A model generated the notes under the pieces. The model saw only the letters and a list, made by a program, of their open reading frames with translations, was not told the DNA's origin and ran no database searches. A stretch of DNA of 64,000 bases, taken from positions 19,415,562 to 19,479,561 of the forward strand of contig NC_057719.1 of assembly GCF_004010195.1 (NCBI RefSeq). The letters are read 5' to 3'. Source of the DNA: Chiloscyllium plagiosum. Taxonomy: Eukaryota. The position numbers and the translations under genes were made by a program. Position 1 is the first letter of the stretch. Each line of letters opens with the position of its first letter. Positions 49,927-63,365 of the stretch are shown here, in pieces.

Positions 49927-50619
49927 AGAAGAGATAGTTGTCCCAGTGAACACAGGGGTCTGTTGGACTATTGCATGTATCCTGCATGTGAGGGTGGTGT
50001 TGTGGATGAAAGTGAAGAGGTAATCAATGTCTGCTCAATTCATTCCCTTGTGAACTTGCAATCTTTACTCATATTTAGCAATTTTTTTAAAAATGAGCAG
50101 AATCTGATAGGCCAAGTGTTAGACTTTGTACACAGGTTTATATTCAAAAAGATAAGAGATTGGTGTAAGAGCAGCAAGATGACGCTAATTGATGGCTCCT
50201 TTAAATAGGCAGTACAGGTCTAATGGGCTGAATAGCCTCCCTTTGTATTTAACAATGTTCAGATTCTACTTTCTAAATCCAACCAAGGAATACTAATCTA
50301 TGAATTACCCATTGGAAATTTATTATACAGATACTATGCAATGTTTCTGTCTAATCTATCAGTAATTTCATTTCATTTTATCTTTTTAAATTCAATTAAT
50401 ATGAACTTGTTAAATGCTATTGTGACAATGTTGCACAAAATAACTTGCAGATCTTTTTTTGTTTAAACTGTTTGAAATAAATGCTTTGAAGTTTAACTGT
50501 AGTAAGTTTCTAACATGATGCTTAGTCTCAAGTATCACAGTCTGAGGAAAGTACACACCTAGACTGTGTTGGGTTTAAGTTTTATAATTTCAAATATTTC
50601 TTGCTCATGAGCAAAAGGG

Positions 50620-51260
50620 AATCCGTGCTAATGAGGTTTGACTGTGTGTCATCTACAATCAGGCCTGAATCCAGTGTCACATGCAATAATGTCCCCCGAT
50701 TGCTGACTCCTGCTCTTATTTAAACCCCTATTGGTATCTGCCCGGAACAAGCTGTCACATCATAGTGTTGCCTGGACCTCCCTCCCATCATTACTGCAGC
50801 TGTAGCCGAATTTATCTTTCCCACAACGTGGCAGGCCAGATTGACCCCCTGATAGCATTTCATTTGGAAGGCTTTCTCCCGGGGGGTGCGCAGCCCCAGT
50901 GATAGGCAATAATTACCTGGCCCAGGTTCAATCCTTCGCCAGCTGGCCTGGGAGATGCACTGCAAACACCAGGCCTCCCTCCGCTGTCTGCCATTTCCAG
51001 TTAACTGGACAGCTCAATCAACGGCAAATACAACTGGTGGAGGGGTTGCACTACTCACAGTTTGAAGAAATTAGCTCTTGACTGAATATAACCAGCGTGA
51101 GCTTTTCATTTTTTTACATAACTCTCATTGCTTAGCAATGTTGCAGACTATTGTACATCTGAGTGCGGCAGCCACTTGCTTATTTTATCACAATAATCGG
51201 GTTAATGAAATTGTACACACAGATAGTAAGCACACAATAAGCTGCTGTCCCAAACAAAGA
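50620..51260. promoter_or_regulatory. Candidate conserved non-coding element/enhancer
   Basis: Repeat-free, GC/CpG-elevated island in AT-rich flanks; TGTCA, GATA, TAATTA, CAGCTG and ATTGT motifs; no convincing ORF. Confidence 0.42.
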
Positions 51261-52579
51261 CTTGTGATTGATTGCTTGAAAACTAGTTAAGTTGAATATT
51301 TTCAAAAGTTAGAATCAGATAGTATATCTCTCTGTCAGATCAATACTTTCTGTCTTTATTTGGTGTTTCCAACATTTTTGCTTTTCTTTTGCATTTTGGT
51401 ACAATTAATTTCAACCTAACAGTTTGTTGAGATTGCACAATGTAGAAATCACAAAAGTTAACAAAGGAGGTATTTACTTTCACCTCAGTTACAGTAGTTG
51501 TACAGATGGAGCCCCATTTCAGTGGCAGCACCAAACTGAATTGGTGTGTATAAAGGGGTTAAAATAGTGGGAGAGTGCTCACTTCCATATTTAGAACTCT
51601 ACTTTGAGAAGATCGAATGTTTACTGTCAGATGTGAAGTAAACATAGGGTGAGAGGCTGCCGGATGCTCCACTACTCCCCCCCCCCCCCCGCCTCTGATC
51701 ATTCCACTTATATCCAGGTGTAATTTTAGATTGAAATTTGCCTCAAACTAAATCCAAACCAAAACAGGCTTTACTGAATTTTTATTGCAGTTGCTCTTCT
51801 GGATGCAATAAAGAAGCCCAGGCCGGTTCCCTTCACATTTGCTTTCTGTGCCCTTTCTACCATTCTTTAGACACACCATCTCATCATTCACTTGGTCTTG
51901 GATCATACTCTAGGATTGGCCATCAGGGCTCTTCTACCTGGTAATGTACCCAGTTCCACCCACTGGATCTTGTCTTGTTCCCATTGGCACAGGGCTTGAG
52001 TCTGATTATGTACCTTCAACTTCACCATTAGCCCCCTGCTGTATCTCTGAACATCCCGCCCCAGTGTCTTATCTCATGCCACACCTCTGATGCTCTCTGT
52101 CATGCTTGGGGCTACAGATTTGGCTGTAGCCAGGAACTTTTCTGGTACATGACATGCAAGAACAGGTTGGAGTTGCATTAGTTGTTTTTACCTCATAACG
52201 TTTTCTCATTGGGGGATGAGATGATGGGGATCTGTCTGAAAGGCAACATTAGCCATGAAGCATGGGTGAAAGAAGTCAGCAATGATTGTGACTTTTCAGA
52301 ATGAAGAGTTATCTTAATGGAGTGGTCAGAACTTCATGTGGCCAATGATTGTTGGACAATGTACCACATTGCAGTGAATTAAAAGTGATGGCTCATTCTG
52401 CATTGCCATTGATCGGTATCTATTTAATGAATTTAACTGCATTTGTCCTCAGTGATCAAGCCCAAAACTGCAAAAGTTACCTCAACAAATCTGCAAACTG
52501 AATATTAAACTGAAATATTTATATTGTGAAAAGGTTTTGGTTGATACCCTTGTCACCAATGTCTTAGTTCTCTCTTTTA

Positions 52580-52820
52580 GAAATTCTTTCATGAGATGTG
52601 GGTGTTGCTGGCAAGACCAGAATTTGTTTCCCATTCCCAATCTCAATTGAGAACGTGGTGGTGAGTGTTGTTTTGAATTGTTGCAGTCCATGCGATGAAG
52701 GTACATTCACAGTGCTTTTAGCAAGGGAGTTCCAAGAGTTTAATGGATTGAGGGCAAGGTAACGGTGTTCTGGTTCTGTGCCTGGATGGTGTGTGACCTG
52801 AAAAGCAACTTGCTGTTCCT
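52580..52820 (-). mobile_element. LINE 3' end of the same family as 35620-37130
   Basis: ctttcatgagatgtgggtgttgctggcaagaccag...ggtggtgagtg...gcagtcca. Confidence 0.65.
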
Positions 52821-53214
52821 ATGAAACGGCTGCCCTTCTCTATCCAGATGCCTGATGCCCTTAACCTTCCACAAATGTTGGATTGTGACACAAGACCTCT
52901 TTGTGAGGTTGAAAAGAGCTGCATGCTACAAGAACCAGTTATATGAAAACTAGAGCAAGGCATACTCAAACTCCATCACCTCTTGATGTTACTGAGGGAG
53001 TGACTATAGAAAGCAACAAAAATACTGCCCTCTGAGCGAACTCAACTTGGCAATAAGTCACTTGCCACAGCCGTAATTTTCAAGGAATGGGGGAATGAAG
53101 AAAGCTGGTGGCATCTTTATTCACCAGTAGAGGATGAGTGTTTGCCTTCTGATTCCCCACTTGGCAAATGCCAAGCTGAAACAGCGAGAGAGCTACCTAA
53201 TCCATTGGATATAT

Positions 53215-53560
53215 CTCAGTTTTGCGGTTGTGTGCAAGCAAGCCAGAGGTCATGTTGCTCAGATCAGCCTGCGGTAATTTTTGGCAACCAGGGTAATAAT
53301 CTGTGGGCAGGCACCGAATAAAATGACCACAAAATCTGCCGTTGTAAAAGCCCAATGCATTCACTAATGCCTTACAGGGAAAGGAACTGCCATTCCTATC
53401 TGCTTTAGCCTTCACTACATCTTGTAACCGTGTAGGAAACCAACTCACTGTTAAAACAAAAGAGTAGCTGTACAAAATTCTTCCAACACCATCTCAAGCA
53501 GCGAGGGGTGGGCAATAAATGCTATCAATGTCCACATCCTGAGAACAATGTGAAAAAAAA
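53215..53560 (+). mobile_element. tRNA-derived SINE (degenerate)
   Basis: ttcactaatgccttacagggaaaggaactgcc core and gggcaataaatgct tail. Confidence 0.6.
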
Positions 53561-55151
53561 TCAATCACACATCTCCTAGCAGTTTACGTAAGTGCACAGT
53601 AACACTGGTATGAACACTCTTAAGGTCTGGTTATGTGTCATAGACAGAATTAAAGAGGTACAGAAACCTTCTTGAATTCACAGACGTGTTTATAACAGTG
53701 AATAAAATAGTCCGTAAACAATTTCTGTTAACTGAGCCGAAGGTTCTGTAAATGCCTTGAACTGACTGCTTTCATTTGCTGCTTTGCAATGATTCACTGT
53801 AATCCTCACCAGTTAACACACACAGAGCACAGTCCTTCAGATAGAGCAGAGCGGAGGCAATGGAGAGTGGAGAATGTGCAGCTGAATGAGAGAAGCTCAT
53901 GCGGGCAGGAAAGTAGAAGTCAGATATTTGAAAGCACACCCTGTAATATTTAATCAGCGTGCTGATTTTTCTTCTTTGCTGCCCTTGGAAACAGCTAAAT
54001 AATCTTTACCTTCTCGATAATAATAAGTCTTATGGGGGCTGGGTGTGTGTGTATGAGAGGACACCGAAGAGTTTAAAAACACTAGCTGAAACAGTAATTA
54101 ATCAGGAGGGAATTGGGGAGGAGGGATCTGATCCTTCATGGTTACCCCAAGTGTGGTCAGTATTTCCCAGCAGCCCCCACCCTCAAACATCTCACCCTGC
54201 TTAGAGACTTTCAGATTCACAGGTCAGACCAGCCTTGGAAGATCACCGACTGACTGTCACTAATTTTCAGCCATTGCTATTAAACAACGGGATGCCAAAC
54301 GTTGCAGATCCTTGCTCCGCAACCTGACCTCCCTATGAGTGCTGCTCCTCAATCAGGTATCAAATCAGTCCTTTGGTTAAATTTAATTCCATCAAATTAT
54401 ATTCCCAATGTGAAGCATGTGGATTCTTCCTGCATTATCTAATTTCCTGACAGTACTGATGACTGGGTCAGTGGTCTCACAGGTCACCATTATCTTCGAC
54501 CACACGATACTGGGACATCGTGAGGGACTGCTCGATGGGCAGGGGAGCATCAGAACAGAAATTCACACCCCAACTTTTATATTTTAATAGCAATTGTTTA
54601 CTCAAAATCAGGAATGGCTATTTTATCAAGCTCGTAACTTAGCACTAACAAGCTAAACTGCAGTGCCTGTATGTGCTTAGTTTTGACTCCCAAGATTTTT
54701 TTTACAGCAAAGAAGGTGGCCATTTGATCCATCAGGCATGTAGTATCCCTGTGAAACAGCTATCTAGTCGGTCAGAGGTCCCCACTTTTACCCTGAAAGC
54801 CTTGGTTTAATTTTCTTTTCAAGTTTTCCCTTTCAGAAGTTACAATTGCATCTGTTTCTGCCAACCCGATAGATTGCAGGGCATAACAACTGTGTTAAAA
54901 AAAACACAAACATTCGTATCTTCCCCGGCCTTTGTTTTCCCAATTATCTTAAATCTTTGTGACCAAGCATCCTGCAACTGCAAATATTTTCTCCCCACCC
55001 CCTATATAAATACCCTCGAAATGTTTTAACATCCCTTTTAAATCTCACATTAACTTTCTACAAGGCAAGATAGTTATTACTGGATCTGCTCACATCTTGG
55101 GTCATTCAGTTGCATGGATATCTATTTGACTCTCTCAAAGTCCCTCTCCCA

Positions 55152-55212
55152 ATATCTAAATTTATTTTAAACGTTGTAACTGTAGTCACACCCATCACTT
55201 TCTCAGTAAGTT
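55152..55212 (-). repeat. 61-bp exact inverted copy of 55648-55708
   Basis: Perfect reverse-complement identity. Confidence 0.95.
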
Positions 55213-55334
55213 GCATGGGAACTTACTGCCAATATCAAGTCATGCATGCCACAAGCAACCAGTGGGTAGTAAGCGCTTGACTTAACATTTCTCTTGCCTG
55301 TAGCCCCACCTGTCCAGTTCCAGTCACCCAGTTT

Positions 55335-55830
55335 TAGCAAGGATATTCTTAAGTTAGAGAAGGTTCAGAAGATACTTACTAAGATGTTGCTAGATTAGGA
55401 ACGTTTGAATTATAAAGAAAGTCTGGTTAGGCTGGGACTTTTTTACTGGAGCGTCGGAGGTTGAGAGGTGACCTTATAGAGATTTATAAAATCATGAGGG
55501 GTTTAGATAGGGCTAATGGGAGGTGTCTTTTCCTTCAGATGGAGGATTTCAAGACTAGTGGGCATATTTTTAAGGTGAGAGGACAGAGACTTAATAAAGA
55601 CATGAGGTGCAAGTTTTTCACACAGAGGGTGGTTTACATGTGGAATGAACTTACTGAGAAAGTGATGGGTGTGACTACAGTTACAACGTTTAAAATAAAT
55701 TTAGATATATGCATGAAAAGGAAGGGCTTGAAGAGATATGGGCCCAGAACAGGTGCATAGGAGTAGTTTAGTTTGGGATTATGTTCAGCATGAACTGGTT
55801 GGACCAAAGGGTCTGTTTTCGTGCTGTATG
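55335..55830 (+). mobile_element. CR1 3' end
   Basis: RGDLIEIYKIMRGLDR...FFTQRVVYMWNEL. Confidence 0.9.
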
Positions 55831-56982
55831 TCCAGCAGAGTAAAAATTGACAAAATAAAAACCCTCCCATTGAACCTTTGGCTGACAGGCTGATCAAGGA
55901 ACTCCAAATGTGACTCTCCTCAAACCCAGGAGAACCGAGATAAATTTTCATTTTTTAATAACAGCACTGATTGGCATGTATATTCTGATCTGGATTTTAA
56001 GCACTCTTAAATGAATTCATTTCTGAAATGTGGGGTTTTATACCATCCTTCACCTTTGTGAACTATTTAAAATTAAGCTCAATAAAATTTGAAAAGGCTC
56101 CAATTTAGAAAACAATTTATTTACACACAGTCGAATACGATAACCAGGTCAGAAAGTGGTCTATTCACTGACTTCCGTTAGTTGTCAGTTACTGCACACA
56201 AAAAAAGTCCAGTGACAATTTAAATGCAGTTCTTAAGACCTTGTAAAATCCTTATATTTTTGTGTCACTGTGGAGTTAAATCCTTTGCATCCAATTTTGC
56301 AACCCTTAAAAAATATTAACTCAATTTAGAAGTGCACAAGGAAAGACAAGTTAGGCTCGGCAGAGATGTTGATGAAACCATTGCTATCTGATGCCAGTTT
56401 ATGCAGATAGCTAAGTGTCTTTATTATAAAGGCAGCACTGCCATCTACAGTCGGAAGAACAAAGTGCAGGGTGAGCTTCACAGTGAGACAGTGAATTTGA
56501 TGTGAATTCTCTGGGCAACCCTCAATTTTTAAGAAAATAAATTAAAAAGAGAAAGAAAGATTGGAAATTGATCTTGCATCTGTTATCGCATGAATACAGA
56601 TTGGATGGAAGATCATTTGTTGTGAATGGTACAGGACACTGTGGTTAATTCCCAGTCTAAAGGTTAACACTTCTGTTGAATTTAGCTGGGTAATTTCCAA
56701 GTATGATGGCAACAAGGTTGTTCCTGCATTACTGTAACCCAAGGACATTCAAAGAATGTGACCATTCCTACCATTTTGTCAAGCAACTGAACAACTGACT
56801 ACTGTGCTCGGCAGATTGTTCAGAGCAGTCTGCAGGGTGTTAAAAGCACAGATGTGAACCGACCCTGGTATATTGCATTTTATTCACCTCACTAAGGAAA
56901 TTTTCCTAACTCACTGATCAATTAATGCAGAATTGAGCTGCCAGCCCAGAATACTCAGTAGGGAAGAGGTAACAAGACAAAG

Positions 56983-57072
56983 TCTGAATTCTGAGGAAGG
57001 GTCACCGAACCTGAAATGTTAACTCTGATTTCCCTCCACAGTCCTGTTGACATTTTACAGCAATTTCTGCCT
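56983..57072 (+). mobile_element. Penelope pLTR remnant
   Basis: tctgaggaagggtcaccgaacctgaaatgttaactctgatttccctccacag. Confidence 0.65.
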
Positions 57073-57602
57073 TAACAAAATAAAGCTGTTTTTCCATGTT
57101 ATGAGTTACCACACTGGGACTCTGCACCCAGACCTGAGGCCCCTCAGGAAGGTTTACCTGTAACAGTGCTGCTCTCCTCTGGGCTGTGATGAGACACTGA
57201 GGTGTGGAATCTGGTGTTCTCACTATTGGGAAGGGTGTTTAATTAGGTGAGGTGGGGTTGTGTCTAAAGCACCACCATTTTCCCACCTCTATCAGAATTA
57301 AGGTCTGGGTGGTAAGTTCCAAGATGGGCCTTCTTTTACCATCGCTCCATCGCCATTGCCAATTCAGGCTTTTGTGGCCAATTAATAACACCTAAGGCCT
57401 CGTCCCACTGCTGCTGACTTTCATCCAGTAGTAAATGGGTCTGTTGCCATGCAGCAGACACAAACAGGTCAAACTGCAGCTGCTGGGTTCCATGCAGTGT
57501 GCCTGATTCCTTAATCAAAGGTGTTCAGTGCTTGACTGATGGATGGGAGATTGAATAGGCAGGAGCTGCTGAGGACCACCTCACAGCCTTTGATTCTGAA
57601 GC

Positions 57603-57900
57603 CCAGGACAAGAGGACATAGGTTTAGAGTGAGAGAGGAAAAATTTAAAAGGGACCTAAGGGGCAACTTTTTCACGCAGGGAGTGGTGTGTGTATGGAAT
57701 GAGCTCTAGAGGAAGTTCTGAAGGTTGGTACAATTACAATATTTAAAAAGCACCTGGATGGGTATTTGAATAGGAAGGGTTGAGAGGGATGTGGGCCAAG
57801 TCCTGGAAAATGGGACTAGATTTGGTTAGGATATTTGGTTAGTATGGACGAGTTGGACGGAAGGGTCTGTTTCTGTGCTGTACATCTCTATGACTCTTAT
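57603..57900 (+). mobile_element. HER1/CR1 3' end
   Basis: RTRGHRFRVRE...GNFFTQGVVCVWNEL; ctctatgactct tail. Confidence 0.88.
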
Positions 57901-58369
57901 GATTCCTAATCCTGGGAAATATGACCCCACTTTCCCCACATCCATTGTCTGCAGCCTGGCCTTCCTGCTATCCTTGGTATCTGGGAGAATGCACATCCAG
58001 GAATATCCACACCATCTCACTGGTGCTGCCAATTGCAAGAGCAGCAGGCCTCCAATTGGCACCTGGTTTCCTCAGGATCTTGATTCCAAGAGACAGGCTA
58101 CCGATGGTCTTCCCAATGCCTGATTGGTTTGTAAATTGGTGGGCCTTCTTGAGAAGAGGCAGGTTAGGTCTCTTCTTGACTCTCCAGTCAGCAGGTGAGA
58201 CTCCTGACACCTCAACAAGATTCTGCCCAAAATCTTATTATTCTGGTAAACATTTGAACGTTTATCGTTACAGTTTGAACCTATATTCTGATTAATTTTA
58301 GATCACTAATGCTGGTTCTAACACCATTAATATACATGGGTGTCTTGATTCAAATCAGCAATAGTTAGA

Positions 58370-58480
58370 ATTTAGGTTCCAAAATTAGATATTTTAGAGT
58401 TAGGTTTAATTGTCACGTGTACTCGTGTATGGGTACAAGAGTACAGTAAAGAGTGTACAATGTCGCCACACATGGTACAA
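58370..58480 (-). mobile_element. 3' tail of Rex1-associated element (rest lost in gap)
   Basis: Reverse complement matches 45780-45858. Confidence 0.65.
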
Positions 58481-58980
58481 NNNNNNNNNNNNNNNNNNNN
58501 NNNNNNNNNNNNNNNNNNNNNNNNNNNNNNNNNNNNNNNNNNNNNNNNNNNNNNNNNNNNNNNNNNNNNNNNNNNNNNNNNNNNNNNNNNNNNNNNNNNN
58601 NNNNNNNNNNNNNNNNNNNNNNNNNNNNNNNNNNNNNNNNNNNNNNNNNNNNNNNNNNNNNNNNNNNNNNNNNNNNNNNNNNNNNNNNNNNNNNNNNNNN
58701 NNNNNNNNNNNNNNNNNNNNNNNNNNNNNNNNNNNNNNNNNNNNNNNNNNNNNNNNNNNNNNNNNNNNNNNNNNNNNNNNNNNNNNNNNNNNNNNNNNNN
58801 NNNNNNNNNNNNNNNNNNNNNNNNNNNNNNNNNNNNNNNNNNNNNNNNNNNNNNNNNNNNNNNNNNNNNNNNNNNNNNNNNNNNNNNNNNNNNNNNNNNN
58901 NNNNNNNNNNNNNNNNNNNNNNNNNNNNNNNNNNNNNNNNNNNNNNNNNNNNNNNNNNNNNNNNNNNNNNNNNNNNNNNN
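58481..58980. other. Assembly gap (500 N)
   Basis: Run of N. Confidence 1.
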
Positions 58981-59119
58981 CACTTTGCAGGAACATTATA
59001 GAATTTTGAATCTAAGTCATATACAGATATATTACCAAAGATATTGTGAAAGAGGTAGGTTTTAAGAAGAGAAGTGAACTAAAGAGGGTGAAGTATAGGA
59101 AGAATTTGAAATCTTGGGC

Positions 59120-60105
59120 AATTTTTTGTCATTTATATAAATGATTTGGATATGAACATAGGAGGCATCATTAGTAAGTTTGCAGATAACACCAAAATTG
59201 GAGGTGTAGTGGACAACAAAGAAGGTCACCTCAGATTACAACGGGCTGTCGATCATATGGGCCTATGGGCTAAGGCAGATGGAGTTTAATTTAGATAAAT
59301 GTGAGGTGCTATATTTTGGAAAGTCAATTCAGGGCTGGACTTATACACCTAATGGTAATTTCCTGTAGAGTGTTGCTGAATGAAGAGACCTTAGAGTGCA
59401 GGTTCATAGTTCCTTGAAAGTGGAGATGCAGGTAGACAGGATAGTGAAGAAGGTGTTTAGTATGCTTACTTTATTGGTCAGTACATTGAGTGTAGGAGTT
59501 GGGTGGTCATGTTATGGCTGTACGGGTCATTGGCCTGTACAGATAAGGCCACTTTTGGAATATTGTGTGCAATTCTGGGTTCCTCCTATAGGAAGGATGT
59601 TGTGAAGCTTGAAAGTGTTCAGAAAAGATTTACAAGGATGTTGCCAGGGTTGCAGGGTTTGAGCTATAGGGAGAGGTTGAATAGGCTGGGTTATTTTATC
59701 TGAAGCATCAGCAGCTGACAGGTGACCTTACAGAGGTTTATAAAATCATGAGGGGCATGGATAGGGTAAATAGGCAAGGTCTTTTCCCTGGGATGGGGAA
59801 GTCCAAACTAAAGGAAAAAGGTTTAAGGTGAGATGGGAAAGATGTAAAAGGGACCTAAGGGGCAACTTTTTCACACAGAATGTGGGGCATGTATGGAATG
59901 AGCTGCCAGTGCAAGTGGCAGAGGCTGGTACAATTACAACATTTAAAAGGTATCTGGTTGGATTTATGAATAGAAAGGGTTAAGAAGGATATGGGCCAAA
60001 TACTGGCAAATGGAACTAAATTTATACAGGATATTTGGTTGGGATGGACGAACTGGACTGAAGGGTCTGTTTTGTGCTGTGTATCTCTATAACTCTGTGA
60101 CTCAA
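59120..60105 (+). mobile_element. HER1/CR1 RT and 3' UTR, inserted in an old L2-like remnant (~59030-60870, minus)
   Basis: FVIYINDLD...KFADNTKIGGVVD; LLEYCVQF; ctctataactct tail. Confidence 0.9.
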
Positions 60106-60267
60106 ACTCAACCAATAGTGATTAAATTAGAGATGCTCAAGAGGCCAGAATTAAATAAACACTCATATCTTGGAGAAATTTGGAGCTGGAAGAGAATACA
60201 ACAATTGAACAAGGCTAAGCAATGGAAAGGTTTGATGATAAATATGAGAACCATAACATTAAGACTG

Positions 60268-60368
60268 TTCTGAAGAAGATTCATATTAGACTTGAAATGT
60301 TAGCTTGATTTCTCTCTTCATAGATGCTGCCAGACCTGCTGAGTTTTTTCAGCATTTTCTGTGTTTGT
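60268..60368 (+). mobile_element. Penelope pLTR remnant
   Basis: ttctgaagaagattcatattagacttgaaatgttagc...gatgctgccagacctgctgag. Confidence 0.7.
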
Positions 60369-61209
60369 TAAAGTTAATACATTGCATAATTGCAATAAGT
60401 GAATGTGAGTTCGGGCATGACGTGGAGTTTGGATAACCTCAGACTTTCAAAGGACAGAATGTGAGAAATCAGTTGGAAAGACAATAGAATTAGCCACTCT
60501 TGAGGCAACAAAGGTAAGAGCGAGGATGTCAGTAGCTAATGAGCTGAGGCAAAGTTGGAGTCAGAGAATGTTATGAAGTGAGTAAAAATCAGTTTTCAAG
60601 TTGAACATAAGTGCAGAAGTTATGTCAAGGTCAAATGTTATCTAAATTTGCCTTGGTTGAGTTTTAGATAGTTGACAGAGCTAGAAATGGAGTTGGTAGC
60701 CAGGGAATAGAGTTTGGAGTGGAAACTAACCACAATGACTTCGGTCTTCCCAATATTTAATGTGAGGAAATTTCTGTTCATCAACTACTGACTGATAATG
60801 TAGCAACAATGGAGATCTCGAGAAAGATGGTGATCAGATAGTGCTAAGGGTTGTCAGCATGCTTGTGGTGAAAAGGCTAACATCACAATTTGGGATGATA
60901 AGGAAGGTAGGTGAGAAATAGGAAGTGGTGATGTTGGAGCAGGAAGAAACGCCACTGCTGATATTCTGGTTGATATTTCGTAGATAAGAATGGAACTCGG
61001 CTGACAGCTGATCCACCAACTGGACAATGGTTGAGATGCAAAACAAAATTGAGGCTAAATGCATAACGTAAGAGGGCATTGGAATGGTGACTTGAAGAGC
61101 TCTTAAATTAGCACTTCAGAAGCAGGAGAAATCAAGTTGATCAAAATTAGGTTGGATTAATGAGACATCTGGGATTATTAAAGATACATATTGAGGGCAT
61201 TATGTGAGG

Positions 61210-62045
61210 AAATTATGTTTATAAAACATTGGTCATCCCTCAATTGGCGAATTGTGACCAATTCTGGACAGAACACTTTTGGAAGGAGGTGATGGCACTA
61301 GAGAGGATATAGAAAATATTACAAGAATGGTTCCAGTGATGAGGGACATCAGTCGTCTGGATTGATTGGATGACATGGTGGCTCAGTGGTTAGCACTGCA
61401 GTCTCACAGCACCAGGGACCTGGGTTCGATTCCTGCCTTGGGCGACTGCCTGTGTGCAGTTTGCCTGTTCTCCCTGTGTCTGCGTGGGTTTCCTCCCACA
61501 ATCCAAAGATGTGCTGGTCAGGTGAGTTGGCCGCGCTAAATTGCCCATAGTGTTAGGTGCATTAGAAAATGTAGGGTAGGGGAATGGGTCTGGGTGGGTT
61601 ACCCTTTGTAGGGTTGGTGTGGACTTGTTGGGCCGAAGGGCCTGTTTCCACACTGTAGCTAATCTAATCTAAATATTGGATGCGTCTTGGAGCTGAGAAG
61701 TTTGAGAGTAAAGAAAAATTCCAAATCATGAGGTATTTGGTAAATTATAGATAGGGAGAGAGCATTCCCATTCAACAGAGATCACTGATTCGTTTTCTAT
61801 TCACTTGAAATCAAAGGTGACTTGAGACAAAGTTGTTGCACCCAGTTTGTGATTGGGATGTGGAATGCACTGTCTGAGAGTGTGGGAGAGGCAGATCAAT
61901 CATTGTGAAAGAGCATTGGCTAATTATCTGAAAATAATATAATTACAGGGCAACAGGGAAAAGGTTAGGGAGTGGGTCTAACTGAGTTGCTTATACAGGG
62001 AGCATGAATCAACAGGGAAGGATGAACTCTTCTGTTCTGTAACAA
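61210..62045 (+). mobile_element. Old CR1 3' fragment hosting an HE1 SINE
   Basis: LFIKHWSSLNW / QFWTEHFWKEVMALER..TRMVP; 3' end resumes at 61683. Confidence 0.75.
61373..61674 (+). mobile_element. HE1-type V-SINE
   Basis: ggtggctcagtggttagcactgc head, (aatct)n tail, TSD attggatg (61365-61372, 61675-61682). Confidence 0.92.
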
Positions 62046-62842
62046 TTTTCTAAGTAGCAATTCAGATTCAAAATAAAGACACACTGGGATTAGCTGCAGA
62101 CCATTCCAGAGGTAAGTTGGAAGAAGGCTCTAAATGGGGTTGAAAGGGAGAATTAAGGCCCTTGCTATGGGTGCAAGAAAGCTGTGAATTGTGAAAACCA
62201 TAAGACACTTAATTTGCATTGTCATGTGTGAGAGTGGACTTGGGGTGCAGAATTCTGGGAACAAAAAAAAAGTGGTTACTTGCACCCAATTCTGAATCCA
62301 TTACTGTATTTACATGAGCGTGATGGAACATTCAATTCTTGAGCACGGTGAAGTGAACAATTTTCAAATCATTTTGTAGGTGTTTTCAGATCTGCTGCAT
62401 AATATTCGCTGCTCTGAAATATAGAAACTCATTTCCAAAGATGTTATACGTGAGGAATAAAATGTGTGAATTGTGAAAACTGAAGGGACAGATCAGTTCT
62501 TGGAAGGTTAAAGCATGTGATGTCTCTCAATTTAACACTGAGCTGTGCTGACAGGGTGAAGAGTTTATGGACTGGACCAAATAAGGTGCTCAGCATTGTC
62601 TAAAAGATGGGCTACTTGACTTCCCACTTTGGTGAATTGGCAGAAATGTTCTTATGCTTCCACACAAAAAGGATGCATTTTCCAGTTCAAGGCTCTTGGA
62701 ATGGCAGCTAAACATGTCGGCCAAATCTCAAATAATGGATCTGAGGAGATACTCACGCTGCACTCCCAGTCGAGGCTGAACCCACCAGGAGAAGATTCGA
62801 GTAACCAGAGAGAGGAAAACAACAAAGATAGGTAGAACAGTG

Positions 62843-63297
62843 AGTCATAGAGTCACAGAGTAATAGAAACGTACAGCACGGAAACAGACACTTCAGTCCA
62901 CCTTGTCCATGCCGACCAGATGTTCCAACCCAATCTAATCCCACCTGCCAGCACCTGGCCCATATCCCTCCAAACCCTTCCTGTTCATATACCCAACAGG
63001 TGCCTTTTAAATGTTGCAATTGTACTAGCCTCCACCATTTCGTCTGGCAGCTCATTCCAGACACATAACACCCTCTGTGTGAAAAAGTTGCCCCTTAGGT
63101 ATCTTTTATATCTTTCCCCTCTCACCTTAAACCTACTCCCTCTAGTTCTGGACTCTCCCAATCCAGGGAAAAGATACTGTCTATTTATCCTATCCATGTC
63201 CCTCGTGATTTTATAAACCTCTGTAAGCTCACCCCCAAGCCTCTGACACTCCAGGGAAAACAGCCTTAGTTTATTCAACCTTTCCCTATAGCTCAAA
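62843..63297 (-). mobile_element. HER1/CR1 3' end
   Basis: SYRERLNKLRLFSLE...GNFFTQRVLCVWNELP. Confidence 0.92.
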
Positions 63298-63365
63298 TGT
63301 GAGATGTGGAAAGGATGTAAGGAGCCCTCAAAGGGATATGGATAATGTAATATAGACTAGGATAT

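Noticed and set aside
58372..59065. Long ORFs of 180-203 aa
   Set aside because: Artefacts of translating through the 500-N gap; the same applies to ORFs across 1251-1440.
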